Source: Myxococcota bacterium | Lineage (GTDB): Bacteria; Myxococcota_A; UBA9160; UBA6930 | Direction of reading: 5' to 3' | Assembly (NCBI GenBank): GCA_965223415.1 | Contig: OZ245002.1 | Location: 1,024,001 to 1,088,000 of the forward strand | Length of the DNA: 64,000 nucleotides | In this document: positions 1-10,080 of the stretch, piece by piece | Position numbering within the stretch: position 1 is the stretch's first letter | How the letters are laid out: each line of letters begins with the position of its first letter | The notes under the pieces: model-generated | What the model was told of the DNA's origin: nothing | Database searches by the model: none | Seen by the model: only the letters and a program-made list of their open reading frames with translations | Translations under genes and position numbers: made by a program

Positions 1-801
1 ACGATAGGCGTAGTCGATCGCCGCCTGGCTGCTGGGAGAGGCACCGATCGCGCCGAGGGCCTCCTGCACGACGGCCGCGCCGTTCTCCGTGGCGTAGACC
101 ACCGCCTGGGCGAAGTCCGGGCCGAAGGCGACGAAGCTGTCGGCCACCTTGAGCGGCATGAACATCGCGCTTGGGGCCACGCCGGGCATCCCGCCGCCGT
201 TGTTCGCCTCGCCGGTGCTGTCCTCGGCCTCGCCGGTTCCGTGGCCGTAGTCGACGACGTCCTCCGGATCGTTGTCGCCGTCCGCGAAGTCCCAGCCCGC
301 GATGTCGTCGACGTAGCCATTGCGGTCGTCGTCGACACCGTCGGAGAAGGCGCGGATCAGGTCTTGCCCGTCGAGCAGCCCGTTGCCGTTGGCATCGGGC
401 AGGCCCGCGTAGTCGTCGACGGAGACGAAGCCGTCGCCGTTGCAGTCATGAACGGCGCATCCGGCCGGCGGCGGCAGCTCGTCGCGATTCAGCGCGACCT
501 TGCGGGCCACGTCGGCGGCATGCCAGCGGATGCCGCTGTCGAGCACGGCGACGACCACGTCGGGCCGACCGGTCGTCACCTGCCAGGCGGAGGGAACGTC
601 CATGCCGCTCCCGGCGTTGTACTTCCAGGCGCCGCCGGACGCCGGGTCGAAGTCGTCCGGGAGCTGGCCCGGGGGCAGGAAGAGGTAGGCGCCGAAGTCG
701 CGCGGATCGCTGCAGCCGGCGTCGGCGCAGGTCGGGAAGGGCACGTCCGCGGACGCCTGAGCGGCGAGGAGGAACAGGCAGAGCGGGAGCAGCAGGCGCA
801 T
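1..801 (-). CDS. Secreted S8 (subtilisin-like) serine peptidase, N-terminal part; runs off window start
   Basis: Hand translation from ATG at 801: signal peptide MRLLLPLCLFLLAAQASA, catalytic Asp motif VVVAVLDSG, DDDRNGYVDDIAGWDF and His motif YGHGT; Ca-binding-like DxNGDG/DxNGNG loops. Missing from the ORF track because it has no stop in the window. Confidence 0.85.
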   Translation of the reverse strand, partial: MRLLLPLCLFLLAAQASADVPFPTCADAGCSDPRDFGAYLFLPPGQLPDDFDPASGGAWKYNAGSGMDVPSAWQVTTGRPDVVVAVLDSGIRWHAADVARKVALNRDELPPPAGCAVHDCNGDGFVSVDDYAGLPDANGNGLLDGQDLIRAFSDGVDDDRNGYVDDIAGWDFADGDNDPEDVVDYGHGTGEAEDSTGEANNGGGMPGVAPSAMFMPLKVADSFVAFGPDFAQAVVYATENGAAVVQEALGAIGASPSSQAAIDYAYR

Positions 802-897
802 CGGGGCCCTCCGCGGCTGGGTGGGCGATTCCCCGACGCTATCGCATTTCCTCCGTTCGGACGGGCGGTCCCCCGTGCTTCCCGGAGAGCGGGGCGC

Positions 898-1548
898 TCA
901 GCCCCTCGCGAGGCCGCGGATCACCAGATCGGCCAGGGCGTCGGCGGTCTCCTTCGCCGGAGAGCGCGCGATCTCCGCCACGTCGGGACGCGCGAACTCG
1001 CGGCCCAGGCCGCCGAGCAGGTGCGCCACCGCCGCCGTGTCGACCGGCGGGATCTCCCCCTCGTCGACCGCCTCGTCGAGCAGGTGCCGGGTCACGGCCA
1101 TCACGTAGCCCTCGTGGCCGTCGAGCAGGCGCTTCGCGCCGGGCACGAAGCCGAAGTCCCGGGAGAAGGAGGCCGCCTCGGGCTGCACCGCCTGGTTGGC
1201 GGCGCGGAGATAAGTGCGCAGCGCCGTGAGCGGCGAGAGGGACTCGTCGAGGGCCTCGATCGCGCGCCGGCCGATCCGGTGCAGGCGGCGATCGACCACG
1301 GTGAGCACGAGCTCTTCCTTGCTAGGCGCGATGCCGTAGAGGGTCCGCAGCGAGCAGCCCACTTCCGCGGCGATCTGCGCCATGGTCAGCTCCGCGAGCT
1401 CCTCCCTCGCCACCAGCTTCTCGAGCTCGTCCAGGAGCTCGCGCTGGCGGGCGGTCAGACGCCGCTCCGCCTCCGGGGGCAGCAGGGGCTTGGGCGCGCG
1501 CACGCCCGGGAAGCGGCGCCGCACTCGCGGGGCCTCGTCCGCCGTCAC
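898..1548 (-). CDS. TetR/AcrR-family transcriptional regulator
   Basis: HTH LTMAQIAAEVGCSLRTLYGIAPSKEELV; GTG start overlaps the upstream stop (GTGA). Confidence 0.9.
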   Translation of the reverse strand: MTADEAPRVRRRFPGVRAPKPLLPPEAERRLTARQRELLDELEKLVAREELAELTMAQIAAEVGCSLRTLYGIAPSKEELVLTVVDRRLHRIGRRAIEALDESLSPLTALRTYLRAANQAVQPEAASFSRDFGFVPGAKRLLDGHEGYVMAVTRHLLDEAVDEGEIPPVDTAAVAHLLGGLGREFARPDVAEIARSPAKETADALADLVIRGLARG

Positions 1549-3299
1549 GAAAGCAGCGCCTCCGGTACGTCGACGAAGCGGGCACGCAGCCACTCGCCGA
1601 GGCTCTTGGCCTGCCCGTCCTGACGCGTCGAGGCGGCCACACCTTCCTCCAGCAGCCCGTGAACCACGAAGTTCAGGCTGCGCAGGGCTGGCAGGCGATG
1701 CCGGTCGACGGGGAGCGGCGCCACCTCCGGCAGCAGCTCGCGCAGGCGCTCCTCGGTGAGGAAGCCGTCGAGCCAGGCCCAGGCCTCGTCGCTGCGCGCG
1801 AAGACACCCAGGTTCGCGTTTCCGCCCTTGTCGCCGGAGCGTGCGCCGACCACGCGGCCGATCGGCGCCCGCACCGTGGGGCCCTCCGGCGCCGGGGCGC
1901 TCGGCCCGGGCTTGCCGCGGACGGCGACCTCGGGCCGCGGCACCACCGACGACACGAGGGTGCTCTCGCCTCCGAGCATCACCACTTCCTGGGAGACGAG
2001 CTCCGCCGGCACCATGGCCGGCTCGTACACGCCGAAGGGCCGGCCGCCGGAGGGGCCGCTGCCGACCCCGAAGTAGCCGGGGATCGTGGCCAGGGCCAGC
2101 TCGGTCACGGCATTGGAGAAGGCGCGGCCCACCTTCTTCTCGTCCGGGTCCTTCGCGCTGATGCGCCACAGGGCCACCGCCTGCTCGTTCGTCTCCGGGT
2201 CCTGCTTGTCGGTGCGCACCACCCGCGTCGTCACCTGGGCGAAGTCCTCGGGGCCGTAGGGGCAGGCGCGCCAGAATGCGGCCTCGACCAGCGCGGCCTT
2301 CTCCTCGATGTCGAGCCCGGTGAGGCACACGCTCATGTCGTTGCGGAAGCCGCCGGCGCGGTTCAGGCACACCTTGAGGGTCGCCGGCGGCGGCTCACCC
2401 TGGATGCCGTGCATGCGCACGCGGTCCGATGCCGCCTGCTCGAGCTCGATGGTGTCGAAGCGGGTGGTCACGTCGGGGCCGAAGTACTCGGGGCCGCCGA
2501 TCTCGTAGAGGAGCTGGGAGGTCACCGTGCCTACCGAGACCTCCCCTCCGGTCCCGTCGTGCTTGCCGATCACCGAGGAGCCGTCGGCGGCCACCTCGGC
2601 CCACGGGAACCCGGTGCGCTCCATGCCCTGCACCTCGGTGAAGAAGGAGTAGTTGCCTCCCGTCGCCTGGGTGCCGCACTCGATCACGTGACCCGCGGCC
2701 ACGCCTCCGGCCAGCGCGTTCCAATCCGTGCGCGTCCAGCCGTGGTGCCACGCGGCCGGGCCGCACACCACCGCCGCGTCGGTAGCGCGCCCGGTGATGA
2801 CGACGTCGGCCCCCTGGTTCAGCGCCTCGACGATGCCCCAGCAACCGAAGTAGGCGTTGGCCGTCAGGAAGGCGGCCTCCTTGATCGGGTCGCCGGTCTC
2901 GAAGTGACGGAGCTGATCGGCGGCGATCAGCTCCGCCATGCGAGGCATGAGGTCGTCGCCGCGCACGTAGGCGATCTTCGGGTGGAGCCCGAGCTTGTCG
3001 GCCACCTCGGCCACCGCCTCGGCGCAGCCGTCCGGGTCGAGGCCTCCCGCGTTCGAGACGACCTTGATGCCCTTGTCCATGCAGGTGCCGAGCACCTGCT
3101 CCACCTGCATCACGAAGGTGGGGGCGAAGCCGCCGCCGGGCCGCTTGGCACGGGTGCGGGAGAGGATCAGCATGGTCAGCTCAGCGAGCCAGTCACCGGT
3201 GAGCACGTCGATCGGGCCGTCCTCGACCATCTCGCGGGCCGCGGACAGGCGGTCGCCGAAGAAGCCTGAGCAGTTCGCGATGCGGATCGGATCGGTCAT
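1545..3299 (-). CDS. atuA: Acyclic terpene utilisation AtuA-family protein (DUF1446)
   Basis: N-term IRIANCSGFFGDR, GDWLAELTM, GHVIECGTQATGGNY and C-term ARSGDKGGNANLG / DGQAKSLGE motifs. Confidence 0.9.
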   Translation of the reverse strand: MTDPIRIANCSGFFGDRLSAAREMVEDGPIDVLTGDWLAELTMLILSRTRAKRPGGGFAPTFVMQVEQVLGTCMDKGIKVVSNAGGLDPDGCAEAVAEVADKLGLHPKIAYVRGDDLMPRMAELIAADQLRHFETGDPIKEAAFLTANAYFGCWGIVEALNQGADVVITGRATDAAVVCGPAAWHHGWTRTDWNALAGGVAAGHVIECGTQATGGNYSFFTEVQGMERTGFPWAEVAADGSSVIGKHDGTGGEVSVGTVTSQLLYEIGGPEYFGPDVTTRFDTIELEQAASDRVRMHGIQGEPPPATLKVCLNRAGGFRNDMSVCLTGLDIEEKAALVEAAFWRACPYGPEDFAQVTTRVVRTDKQDPETNEQAVALWRISAKDPDEKKVGRAFSNAVTELALATIPGYFGVGSGPSGGRPFGVYEPAMVPAELVSQEVVMLGGESTLVSSVVPRPEVAVRGKPGPSAPAPEGPTVRAPIGRVVGARSGDKGGNANLGVFARSDEAWAWLDGFLTEERLRELLPEVAPLPVDRHRLPALRSLNFVVHGLLEEGVAASTRQDGQAKSLGEWLRARFVDVPEALLS

Positions 3300-5236
3300 T
3301 CCTGTGCCTCCTCGGCGGGCTCGACGACGAGCAGCACGGCGCCGCTCTCCACCTGGTCGCCCAGGGCGACCCGCACCTCACTGACGACGCCGGCTTCGGC
3401 GGCGCGCATCGGGTGCTCCATCTTCATGGCCTCGAGGACGACCAGGGTCTGGCCGGCCTCGACCGTGTCGCCCACCTGCACGCGCAGGTCGATGATCTTG
3501 CCGGGCATGGCGGCGACGAAGCCGCCGGCGGTGTCCTCGCTCCCCGGGATCTCGAAGCGCGGCAGCACCTGGAGCTCCACGTCGCCACCGGGGGCCTGCA
3601 CGACCAGGCGATCCCCGGCGCGGGTCACGCCCAGGCGGCTGCGCCGTCCGTCGACCTCGACGTCGATCCCGTCCCCGCTCCAGGCGTGGATGCGGGCGTG
3701 GCCGCCGTCACCGAAGCGGAAGCGCCCTTCGCGCAGGCGCCGGTAGGTCACCCGGAGCTCGTCCTCGCCCAGACGGAAGCGCGCATCCTGGTCCGGCAGC
3801 CGCGCGTTGCGCCAGCCGCTCGCGACCCAGCCGAGCACCGGTGCCTCGGCCCGGTTCGCGCCCTGGATCCAAAGTGCCGCGGCCCGCGCCAGCCGCGTCC
3901 GCTCCTCTTCGGGCAGGGCGAGGCGGCGGACCGGCCGGACGCGCTCGATGAAGTCCGTCGTCGTGTCACCGGCCAGGAAGGCGGCGCTGCGCAGGGTCGC
4001 GGCCAGGAAGTCCCGGTTGGTGGTGACGCCGCCCAGGTGCGTGCGCTCGAGTGCCAGGGCCAGGCGGCCGGCCGCCTCGGCGCGTGTAGGCGCATGGGCG
4101 ATCACCTTGGCGAGCATGGGATCGAAGGCGGTGCCGACCACGGAGCCCTCGGCGACGCCCGAATCCCAGCGCACCTCGGGCTCCGGCGCCGGCCGGAACG
4201 CGAAGAGCGTGCCGGTGGCGGGCAGGAAGTCCGCCGAGGGGTCTTCGGCGTAGAGCCGCGCCTCGATGGCGGCGCCTTCGAAGCGGACGTCCCCTTGCGC
4301 GTAGCCCAGCGGCTCGCCGGCGGCGATGCGAAGCTGCTCGCGCACCAGGTCGGTGCCGGTGACCGCCTCGGTCACCGGGTGCTCCACCTGCAGCCGGGTG
4401 TTCACCTCGAGGAAGAAGAACTCGCCGGTCGCGTCGTCCAGCAGGAACTCGACGGTCCCGGCGCTCTGGTAGCCGAGCTCTCGGGCCAGGCGCAGAGCGG
4501 CCTCGCCCATGCGCTCGCGCAGGGCGGCGTCGACCCGCGGCGAAGGCGACTCCTCCAGGATCTTCTGGTGGCGGCGCTGGATCGAGCACTCGCGCTCCCC
4601 CAGGTGTACGACGTTCCCGTGGGCGTCGCCCAGGATCTGGATTTCGATGTGGCGCGCCCGCGAGACGAAGCGCTCGAGGAACACCCGGTCGTCGCCGAAG
4701 CCGCTCAGGGCTTCGCGCCGGGCGGCCGCCACCGCCTCCTCGAGGCCGGATGCGTCCTCGACGACGCGCATGCCCTTGCCGCCGCCGCCCGCCGCCGCCT
4801 TGACCAGCAGCGGGAAGCCCACCGCGCCGGCCGCCGCCGGATCCTCCGAGCCGGGGAGGGTCGGCACCCGGGCCCGCTCGGCCAGGGCCTTCGCCGCGAG
4901 CTTGTCGCCCATCTGCTCGATGGCGGCGGGCGAAGGGCCGACCCAGACGAGGCCTGCCGCCGTGACGGCCGAGGCGAAGCCCGCGTTCTCCGAGAGGAAG
5001 CCGTAGCCCGGGTGCACGGCGCCCGCACCGGTGGCCTTCGCGGCGTCGATGATCGCCTTGCCGTCGAGATAGGAATCCGGCAGGCGGACCGCCTCGTCCG
5101 CATCGGCCACGTGGGGCGAGCCGGCGTCCGCGTCCACGTAGATCGCGACGGAGCGCAGCCCCATCGCGCGAGCACTCCGGATCACGCGGCGCGCGATCTC
5201 TCCCCGGTTGGCGACCAGAAGCGTCGTGAAGCTCAC
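3296..5236 (-). CDS. Acyl-CoA carboxylase alpha subunit (biotin carboxylase + biotin carrier; AtuF/MCC-alpha-like)
   Basis: LLVANRGEIA, HPGYGFLSEN, GGGGKGM, FLEVNTRLQVEHPVTE and biotinylation motif EAMKM; GTG start at 5236 overlaps the upstream stop. Confidence 0.93.
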   Translation of the reverse strand: MSFTTLLVANRGEIARRVIRSARAMGLRSVAIYVDADAGSPHVADADEAVRLPDSYLDGKAIIDAAKATGAGAVHPGYGFLSENAGFASAVTAAGLVWVGPSPAAIEQMGDKLAAKALAERARVPTLPGSEDPAAAGAVGFPLLVKAAAGGGGKGMRVVEDASGLEEAVAAARREALSGFGDDRVFLERFVSRARHIEIQILGDAHGNVVHLGERECSIQRRHQKILEESPSPRVDAALRERMGEAALRLARELGYQSAGTVEFLLDDATGEFFFLEVNTRLQVEHPVTEAVTGTDLVREQLRIAAGEPLGYAQGDVRFEGAAIEARLYAEDPSADFLPATGTLFAFRPAPEPEVRWDSGVAEGSVVGTAFDPMLAKVIAHAPTRAEAAGRLALALERTHLGGVTTNRDFLAATLRSAAFLAGDTTTDFIERVRPVRRLALPEEERTRLARAAALWIQGANRAEAPVLGWVASGWRNARLPDQDARFRLGEDELRVTYRRLREGRFRFGDGGHARIHAWSGDGIDVEVDGRRSRLGVTRAGDRLVVQAPGGDVELQVLPRFEIPGSEDTAGGFVAAMPGKIIDLRVQVGDTVEAGQTLVVLEAMKMEHPMRAAEAGVVSEVRVALGDQVESGAVLLVVEPAEEAQE

Positions 5237-6897
5237 AGTCGGAACACCCCGTAGCCATCGGCGCCCTCGACGGGCGTGTTGCGAACCACCGAAAGGCAGA
5301 TGCCGAGCACCGTGCGCGTATCGCGCGGGTCGACGATCCCGTCGTCGCTGATCGCGCCGGTGGCCTCGAGGGCGATCGAGCCCGCCTCCTGGCGCGCCTC
5401 CACCACCAGGCGGATCTTCGCATCCGCCTCCTCGTCGAAGGGCTCCCCCTTCCGGGCGGCCTGGCCGCGGCGCACGATCGACATCACACCGGCGATCTGC
5501 TTCCCGCCCATCACCGCGATCTTCGCGCTCGGCCACAGGAAGGTGAAGCGGTTCTCGAAGGCGCGGCCGGACATGGCGTAGGTGCCGGCGCCGTAGGAGT
5601 TGCCGAGGATCACGGTCAGGTGCGGCACCGTCGAATTGGTGACCGCGTTGATCATCTGGGAGCCCTTCTTGATGATGCCCGCCTGCTCGAAGTCCTTGCC
5701 CACGACGAAGCCGGTCAGGTTCTGGAGGAAGAGCAGCGGCACGTCGATCTGGTTGTTCAGCTGGATGAAGTGGGCGGCCTTCTCGGCGGTCTGGGGATTC
5801 AGCACGCCGTTGTTGCCGAGGATGCCGATCGGGTAGCCGTGGATGGAGGCCCAGCCGCACACCAGCGTCGTGCCGTAGCGCGGCTTGAACTCCTCGAAGC
5901 GCGAGCCGTCGACCACGCGGCCGATCACGTCGCGCACGTCCACCGGGCGCCGCAGGTCCGGGCTCATGATCCCGAGCAGCTCCTCCGGGTCGAGGGCCGG
6001 CTCGTCCGCCCGAAGGCTGGGCGGGGGACCCGCCTTCCTCCAGTTGAGGTGTGACATCACCTCCCGGCACAGGCGGAGGGCGTCGCGCTCGTCCTCGGCC
6101 AGGTACTCGCCCAGGCCCGACACCTCCGAGTGCATCTGGGCGCCGCCCAGGCTCTCGTCGTCGGAATCCTCACCGGTCGCCATCTTCACGAGGGGCGGGC
6201 CGGCCAGGAAGATCTTCGACTGCTCCTTGATGAGGATGTTGTAGTCGCTGAGGCCCGGCTGGTAGGCGCCGCCGGCGGTCGACGACCCGAACACGACGCA
6301 CACCGTCGGGATCTCGAGCTTCGAGAGCTCGATCATCTCGTAGAAGAAGCGCCCGGACTCGGCGAAGTGATCCACGCGTGCGCTGGCCGGGGAGGTGCTC
6401 TCGTTCTTGTCCTGGCCGCTGCCGGTGCCCATCCGCAGGTCGGCCCCAGCGGACTCGACGAAGCTCACGTAGGGCATGTGGTTGTCGCGGGCGATCTCGA
6501 GGGCGCGCATCCACTTCTTGCTGACGTAGGGCGTGAGCGCACCGCCGAGCACCGTCGGATCGTTCGCGAAGATCACGCACTCCACGCCCGCGATGACGCC
6601 GATGCCCATCACCGCGCCGCCGCCGATCGTGTAGCTCGAGTTGTAGGCGGCCAGCGGGCTGATCTCGAGGAAAGGGCTGTCGGGATCGAGGGCCAGGGCG
6701 ACACGCTCGCGCACCGGGAGCTTTCCGCGCTTGGCCAGGCGCTCGTGGTGATAGGCGCCGCCCCCCTGCTCGGCCTCGTCGAGCAGCCGGTCGATCTCCA
6801 TAAGCTTCTCGAGCATGGCGCCGCGGTTCTCCGCGAACTCGGGCGTGCGGGGATCGAGCCGCGAGCGAAGCGGCGGTGCGAGGAGAGGCGACGGCAT
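5233..6897 (-). CDS. Acyl-CoA carboxylase carboxyltransferase subunit (AtuC/MCC-beta-like)
   Basis: RGKLPVRERV, ANDPTVLGG, GSSTAGGAY, GPPLVKMATGE, DGIVDPRDTR; AAGGAG RBS before ATG 6897. Confidence 0.93.
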   Translation of the reverse strand: MPSPLLAPPLRSRLDPRTPEFAENRGAMLEKLMEIDRLLDEAEQGGGAYHHERLAKRGKLPVRERVALALDPDSPFLEISPLAAYNSSYTIGGGAVMGIGVIAGVECVIFANDPTVLGGALTPYVSKKWMRALEIARDNHMPYVSFVESAGADLRMGTGSGQDKNESTSPASARVDHFAESGRFFYEMIELSKLEIPTVCVVFGSSTAGGAYQPGLSDYNILIKEQSKIFLAGPPLVKMATGEDSDDESLGGAQMHSEVSGLGEYLAEDERDALRLCREVMSHLNWRKAGPPPSLRADEPALDPEELLGIMSPDLRRPVDVRDVIGRVVDGSRFEEFKPRYGTTLVCGWASIHGYPIGILGNNGVLNPQTAEKAAHFIQLNNQIDVPLLFLQNLTGFVVGKDFEQAGIIKKGSQMINAVTNSTVPHLTVILGNSYGAGTYAMSGRAFENRFTFLWPSAKIAVMGGKQIAGVMSIVRRGQAARKGEPFDEEADAKIRLVVEARQEAGSIALEATGAISDDGIVDPRDTRTVLGICLSVVRNTPVEGADGYGVFRL

Positions 6898-6913
6898 GGG
6901 GCTCCTTTCGCGG

Positions 6914-6961
6914 TTGACAGTCGGGTAACACATGAGGTAACCAGATGCAACGCATATTACC
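6914..6961. promoter_or_regulatory. Divergent promoter region with TTGACA and GGTAAC boxes (candidate operator)
   Basis: AT-richer intergenic segment; TTGACA at 6914, GGTAAC at 6924 and 6936, inverted GGTAAT at 6956-6961. Confidence 0.3.
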
Positions 6962-7016
6962 CGCCCCCCTTTGCCGGATCCTCCCCGGAAGGCGGCGCGC
7001 GGGACGGAGGGTCGGC

Positions 7017-8141
7017 ATGCGCAGCCAGCTCGCCCAGGAGATGGGTCTCGAGTTCCCCATCTTCGCCTTCACCCACTGCCGCGACGTGGCCGCCGCCGTG
7101 TCGAAGGCCGGCGGCCTGGGCGTGCTCGGGGTCGCGGCCCACTCCCCGGGCAGCGTCGACGCGGAGCTCGAGTGGATCGAGAAGGAGGTCCAGGGCAAGC
7201 CCTACGGGGTCGACCTGCTGCTTCCGACCAAGTTCGCCGGCAGCGACCGCGGCGGCTTCTCCGGCGAGCAGATGGACGAGCGCATCCCGGCCGAGCACCG
7301 TCGGTTCCTCGACGAGCTGCTCGAGCGCCACGACGTGCCGCCGCTTCCGGAGGACGCGCCGGTCGGTGGCGGGATCGCCGTCGGCTACGAGAAGCAGCGC
7401 GACCTGATCGAGCGCTTGTTCGAGCACCCGATCTCCCTGATCGCCAGCGCCCTCGGCCCGCCGCCCGCGTGGATGATCGAGAAGGGCCGCGAGAAGGGCG
7501 TGAAGGTGGCGGCGCTGGCGGGCACGGTGGAGCACGCGCGCCGCCACGTGGAGGCCGGCGTCGACCTGGTGATCGCCCAGGGCACCGAGGCCGGCGGCCA
7601 CACCGGCACCATCTCGACGATGGTGCTGGTGCCGGAGGTCGTCGACGCGGTGGCGCCGGTTCCGGTGCTCGCTGCCGGGGGCATCGCGGGTGGCCGCCAG
7701 CTCACCGCGTCCCTCGCCCTCGGCGCCCAGGGCGTGTGGTGCGGCTCGGTCTGGCTCACCACCGAGGAGGCGGAGACCCATCCGGTGGTGAAGGAGAAGT
7801 TCCTCGAAGCGGGCTCCGGCGACACCGTACGCAGCCGCTCGAAGACCGGCAAGCCGGCCCGCCAGCTGCGCAGCGCCTGGACCGAAGCGTGGGAGGATCC
7901 GCACAACCCGGATCCCCTCCCCATGCCGCTCCAGCCGTACCTCGTGCGCGAGGCCGAGGCGCGCATCTCGCGCACGGCCCACAACCACCCGGGCTCGGCC
8001 CAGCTGATCAACTACTACGTGGGCCAGGTGGTGGGCTCGATGAACCAGGTCAAGTCGGTCCGCTCGGTCATGGAGGAGTTCGCCCAGGAGTACGCGGATA
8101 CCATGGAGCGGCTCGACGAGTGGGCCCAGGCGGAGGACTGA
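7017..8141 (+). CDS. Nitronate monooxygenase / FabK-like flavin oxidoreductase
   Basis: PIFAFTHCRDVAAAVSKAGGLG, AQGTEAGGHTG, LAAGGI, GVWCGS; GGAGG RBS. Confidence 0.9.
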   Translation: MRSQLAQEMGLEFPIFAFTHCRDVAAAVSKAGGLGVLGVAAHSPGSVDAELEWIEKEVQGKPYGVDLLLPTKFAGSDRGGFSGEQMDERIPAEHRRFLDELLERHDVPPLPEDAPVGGGIAVGYEKQRDLIERLFEHPISLIASALGPPPAWMIEKGREKGVKVAALAGTVEHARRHVEAGVDLVIAQGTEAGGHTGTISTMVLVPEVVDAVAPVPVLAAGGIAGGRQLTASLALGAQGVWCGSVWLTTEEAETHPVVKEKFLEAGSGDTVRSRSKTGKPARQLRSAWTEAWEDPHNPDPLPMPLQPYLVREAEARISRTAHNHPGSAQLINYYVGQVVGSMNQVKSVRSVMEEFAQEYADTMERLDEWAQAED

Positions 8142-8144
8142 GCG

Positions 8145-8912
8145 ATGGATCCGGTGAAGGTCGAGACCCGAGACGGCGTCATGACCGCGACGCTCGCGGA
8201 CATGGGGAACCGCAACGCCCTGGGCGGCCCCTTGGTGCAGGCTCTCCACGATGCGATCGCCGCCGCCAATGCCGACGAAGCCGTGCGGGCGGTCGTCGTC
8301 ACGAACGAGGGCAACACCTTCTGCGCCGGCGCCAACCTGAAGGAGCGCTCGGGCACGAAGGCGACGGCGGCCGGCGACGTGTCCTTCGAGGACCTGCTGC
8401 ACGCGATCCAGACCTCGCCGACGCCGATCGTCGGGCGCATCGCCGGCCACGTGGTGGGCGGCGGCAACGGGCTGGCGGCGAGCCTCGACATCTCGATCGC
8501 CGACGAGAGCGTGAAGTTCGGCTTCACCGAGGTCCGGCTCGGGGTGGCGCCTGCCATCATCTCGGTGGTGTGCCTGCCGAAGATGCGCCACGGCGAGGCG
8601 CTGGAGGCCTTCATGCGGGGCAACCGCTTCCCCGCCTCCCGCGCCGCGGAGCTGGGCCTGATCAGCCGCGCCGTGCCCGCCGCCGAGCTCGACGCAGCCG
8701 TCGAGGAGGTGCTCGCGGACCTGCGCAAGGGCGGCCCGAACGCGGTGGGCTTCGCCAAGCGCCTGGTGTACGAAGTGCCGCGGATGGAGACGAAGGAGGC
8801 CTACCAGTGGACCTCCCGCCACTCGGCCGAGCTGTTCGCCGGCGAGGAGGCGAAGGAAGGCATGGCCGCGTTCCTCGAGAAGCGCCCCGCGCGATGGGCG
8901 GAGGAGAGCTGA
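8145..8912 (+). CDS. Enoyl-CoA hydratase/isomerase (AtuE/methylglutaconyl-CoA hydratase-like)
   Basis: FCAGANLK, GGGNGL, FGFTEVRLG, EGMAAFLEKR crotonase motifs. Confidence 0.9.
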   Translation: MDPVKVETRDGVMTATLADMGNRNALGGPLVQALHDAIAAANADEAVRAVVVTNEGNTFCAGANLKERSGTKATAAGDVSFEDLLHAIQTSPTPIVGRIAGHVVGGGNGLAASLDISIADESVKFGFTEVRLGVAPAIISVVCLPKMRHGEALEAFMRGNRFPASRAAELGLISRAVPAAELDAAVEEVLADLRKGGPNAVGFAKRLVYEVPRMETKEAYQWTSRHSAELFAGEEAKEGMAAFLEKRPARWAEES

Positions 8913-8913
8913 G

Positions 8914-10080
8914 ATGAGTCGACCCACACTGCGCACCGAGTTCTGCGAGCGCGTCGGCGTCGAGTACCCGGTGATCTCCGCGGGCATGGGGCCGGTGGCC
9001 GGCACCGGCGAGCCGGTGGCGACCGCCGAGCTGGCGGCGGCGGTCTCGAACGCCGGCGGCCTCGGAGTGATCGGAGCCGTGGCCTACTCCCCCGACCGGC
9101 TGCGGGAGGAGATCCGCAAGGTCCGCTCGCTCACCGACAAGCCCTTCGGCGTGGACCTCCTGCTCTCGCCGAACTTCCTGATCCCCCGCGGCCCCAAGCC
9201 GCCGCCCTCGGCGCCGCCGCGCGCGGACCGCCTGCCCCAGGAGCACCGCGAAACGATAAGGCGCGTCGCCGAGAGCCTCGGCATCGACCTGAAGGAGGCG
9301 CCGCCGGAGCAGCTCGAGATGGGCTCGTGGCTGGAGGAGGGCCAGAGCTGGGCCGGCTCCCAGATGGAGGTGGTGCTGGAAGAGGGCGTGCCGGTCTTCG
9401 CGTCGGGCCTGGGCACGCCGGGCCCGTTCAAGGAGGCCCTCGAGGCCCACGACGTGACGATCCTCGCGCTGGTCGGCACGGTGCGCGCGGCCCGCCAGGT
9501 GGCGGAGGACGGAGCGCACTTCGTCGTGGCCCAGGGCACCGAGGCCGGGGGGCACACCGGACGCATCGGCACCCTCGCGCTGCTCCCGCAGGTGATGGAC
9601 GCGGTGGCCCCCACCCCGGTGATCGCCGCCGGCGGCATCGCCAGCGGTCGGGCCTTGGCCGGCGTGCTCGCGACCGGCGCGGCCGCGGCCTGGTGCGGCA
9701 CGCCCTTCCTCGTCTCCGACGAGGCCAACCAGCCGGCGCTCCAGAAGCGCCGCATCCTCGACGCGGCCGCCGAGGACACGACCGTGACGCGGCTCTACAG
9801 CGGCAAGACCATGCGCAACATCCGCAACCCGCTGATCGAGGCCTGGGAGCGCGAGGGCCTCACCGCGCTGCCCATGGGCGCCCAGGGCCTCCTGATCCGC
9901 GACCTCCTGTACTCGATCCGCGAGGCCGGCAGGCCCGAGCTCCTGATGAACGCGGCGGGCCAGACCGCCGGCATGCTGCGGGAAACCCGCCCCGCCGCCG
10001 ACATCCTCGCTGAGATCGTCGCGGAGGCGGCTGGCATCCTGGCCGAGGGCCTCGGGCGCCGGGTCGAGGCGGCCGTCTGA
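8914..10080 (+). CDS. Nitronate monooxygenase-family flavoprotein
   Basis: ELAAAVSNAGGLG, AQGTEAGGHTG, IAAGGI. Confidence 0.9.
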   Translation: MSRPTLRTEFCERVGVEYPVISAGMGPVAGTGEPVATAELAAAVSNAGGLGVIGAVAYSPDRLREEIRKVRSLTDKPFGVDLLLSPNFLIPRGPKPPPSAPPRADRLPQEHRETIRRVAESLGIDLKEAPPEQLEMGSWLEEGQSWAGSQMEVVLEEGVPVFASGLGTPGPFKEALEAHDVTILALVGTVRAARQVAEDGAHFVVAQGTEAGGHTGRIGTLALLPQVMDAVAPTPVIAAGGIASGRALAGVLATGAAAAWCGTPFLVSDEANQPALQKRRILDAAAEDTTVTRLYSGKTMRNIRNPLIEAWEREGLTALPMGAQGLLIRDLLYSIREAGRPELLMNAAGQTAGMLRETRPAADILAEIVAEAAGILAEGLGRRVEAAV

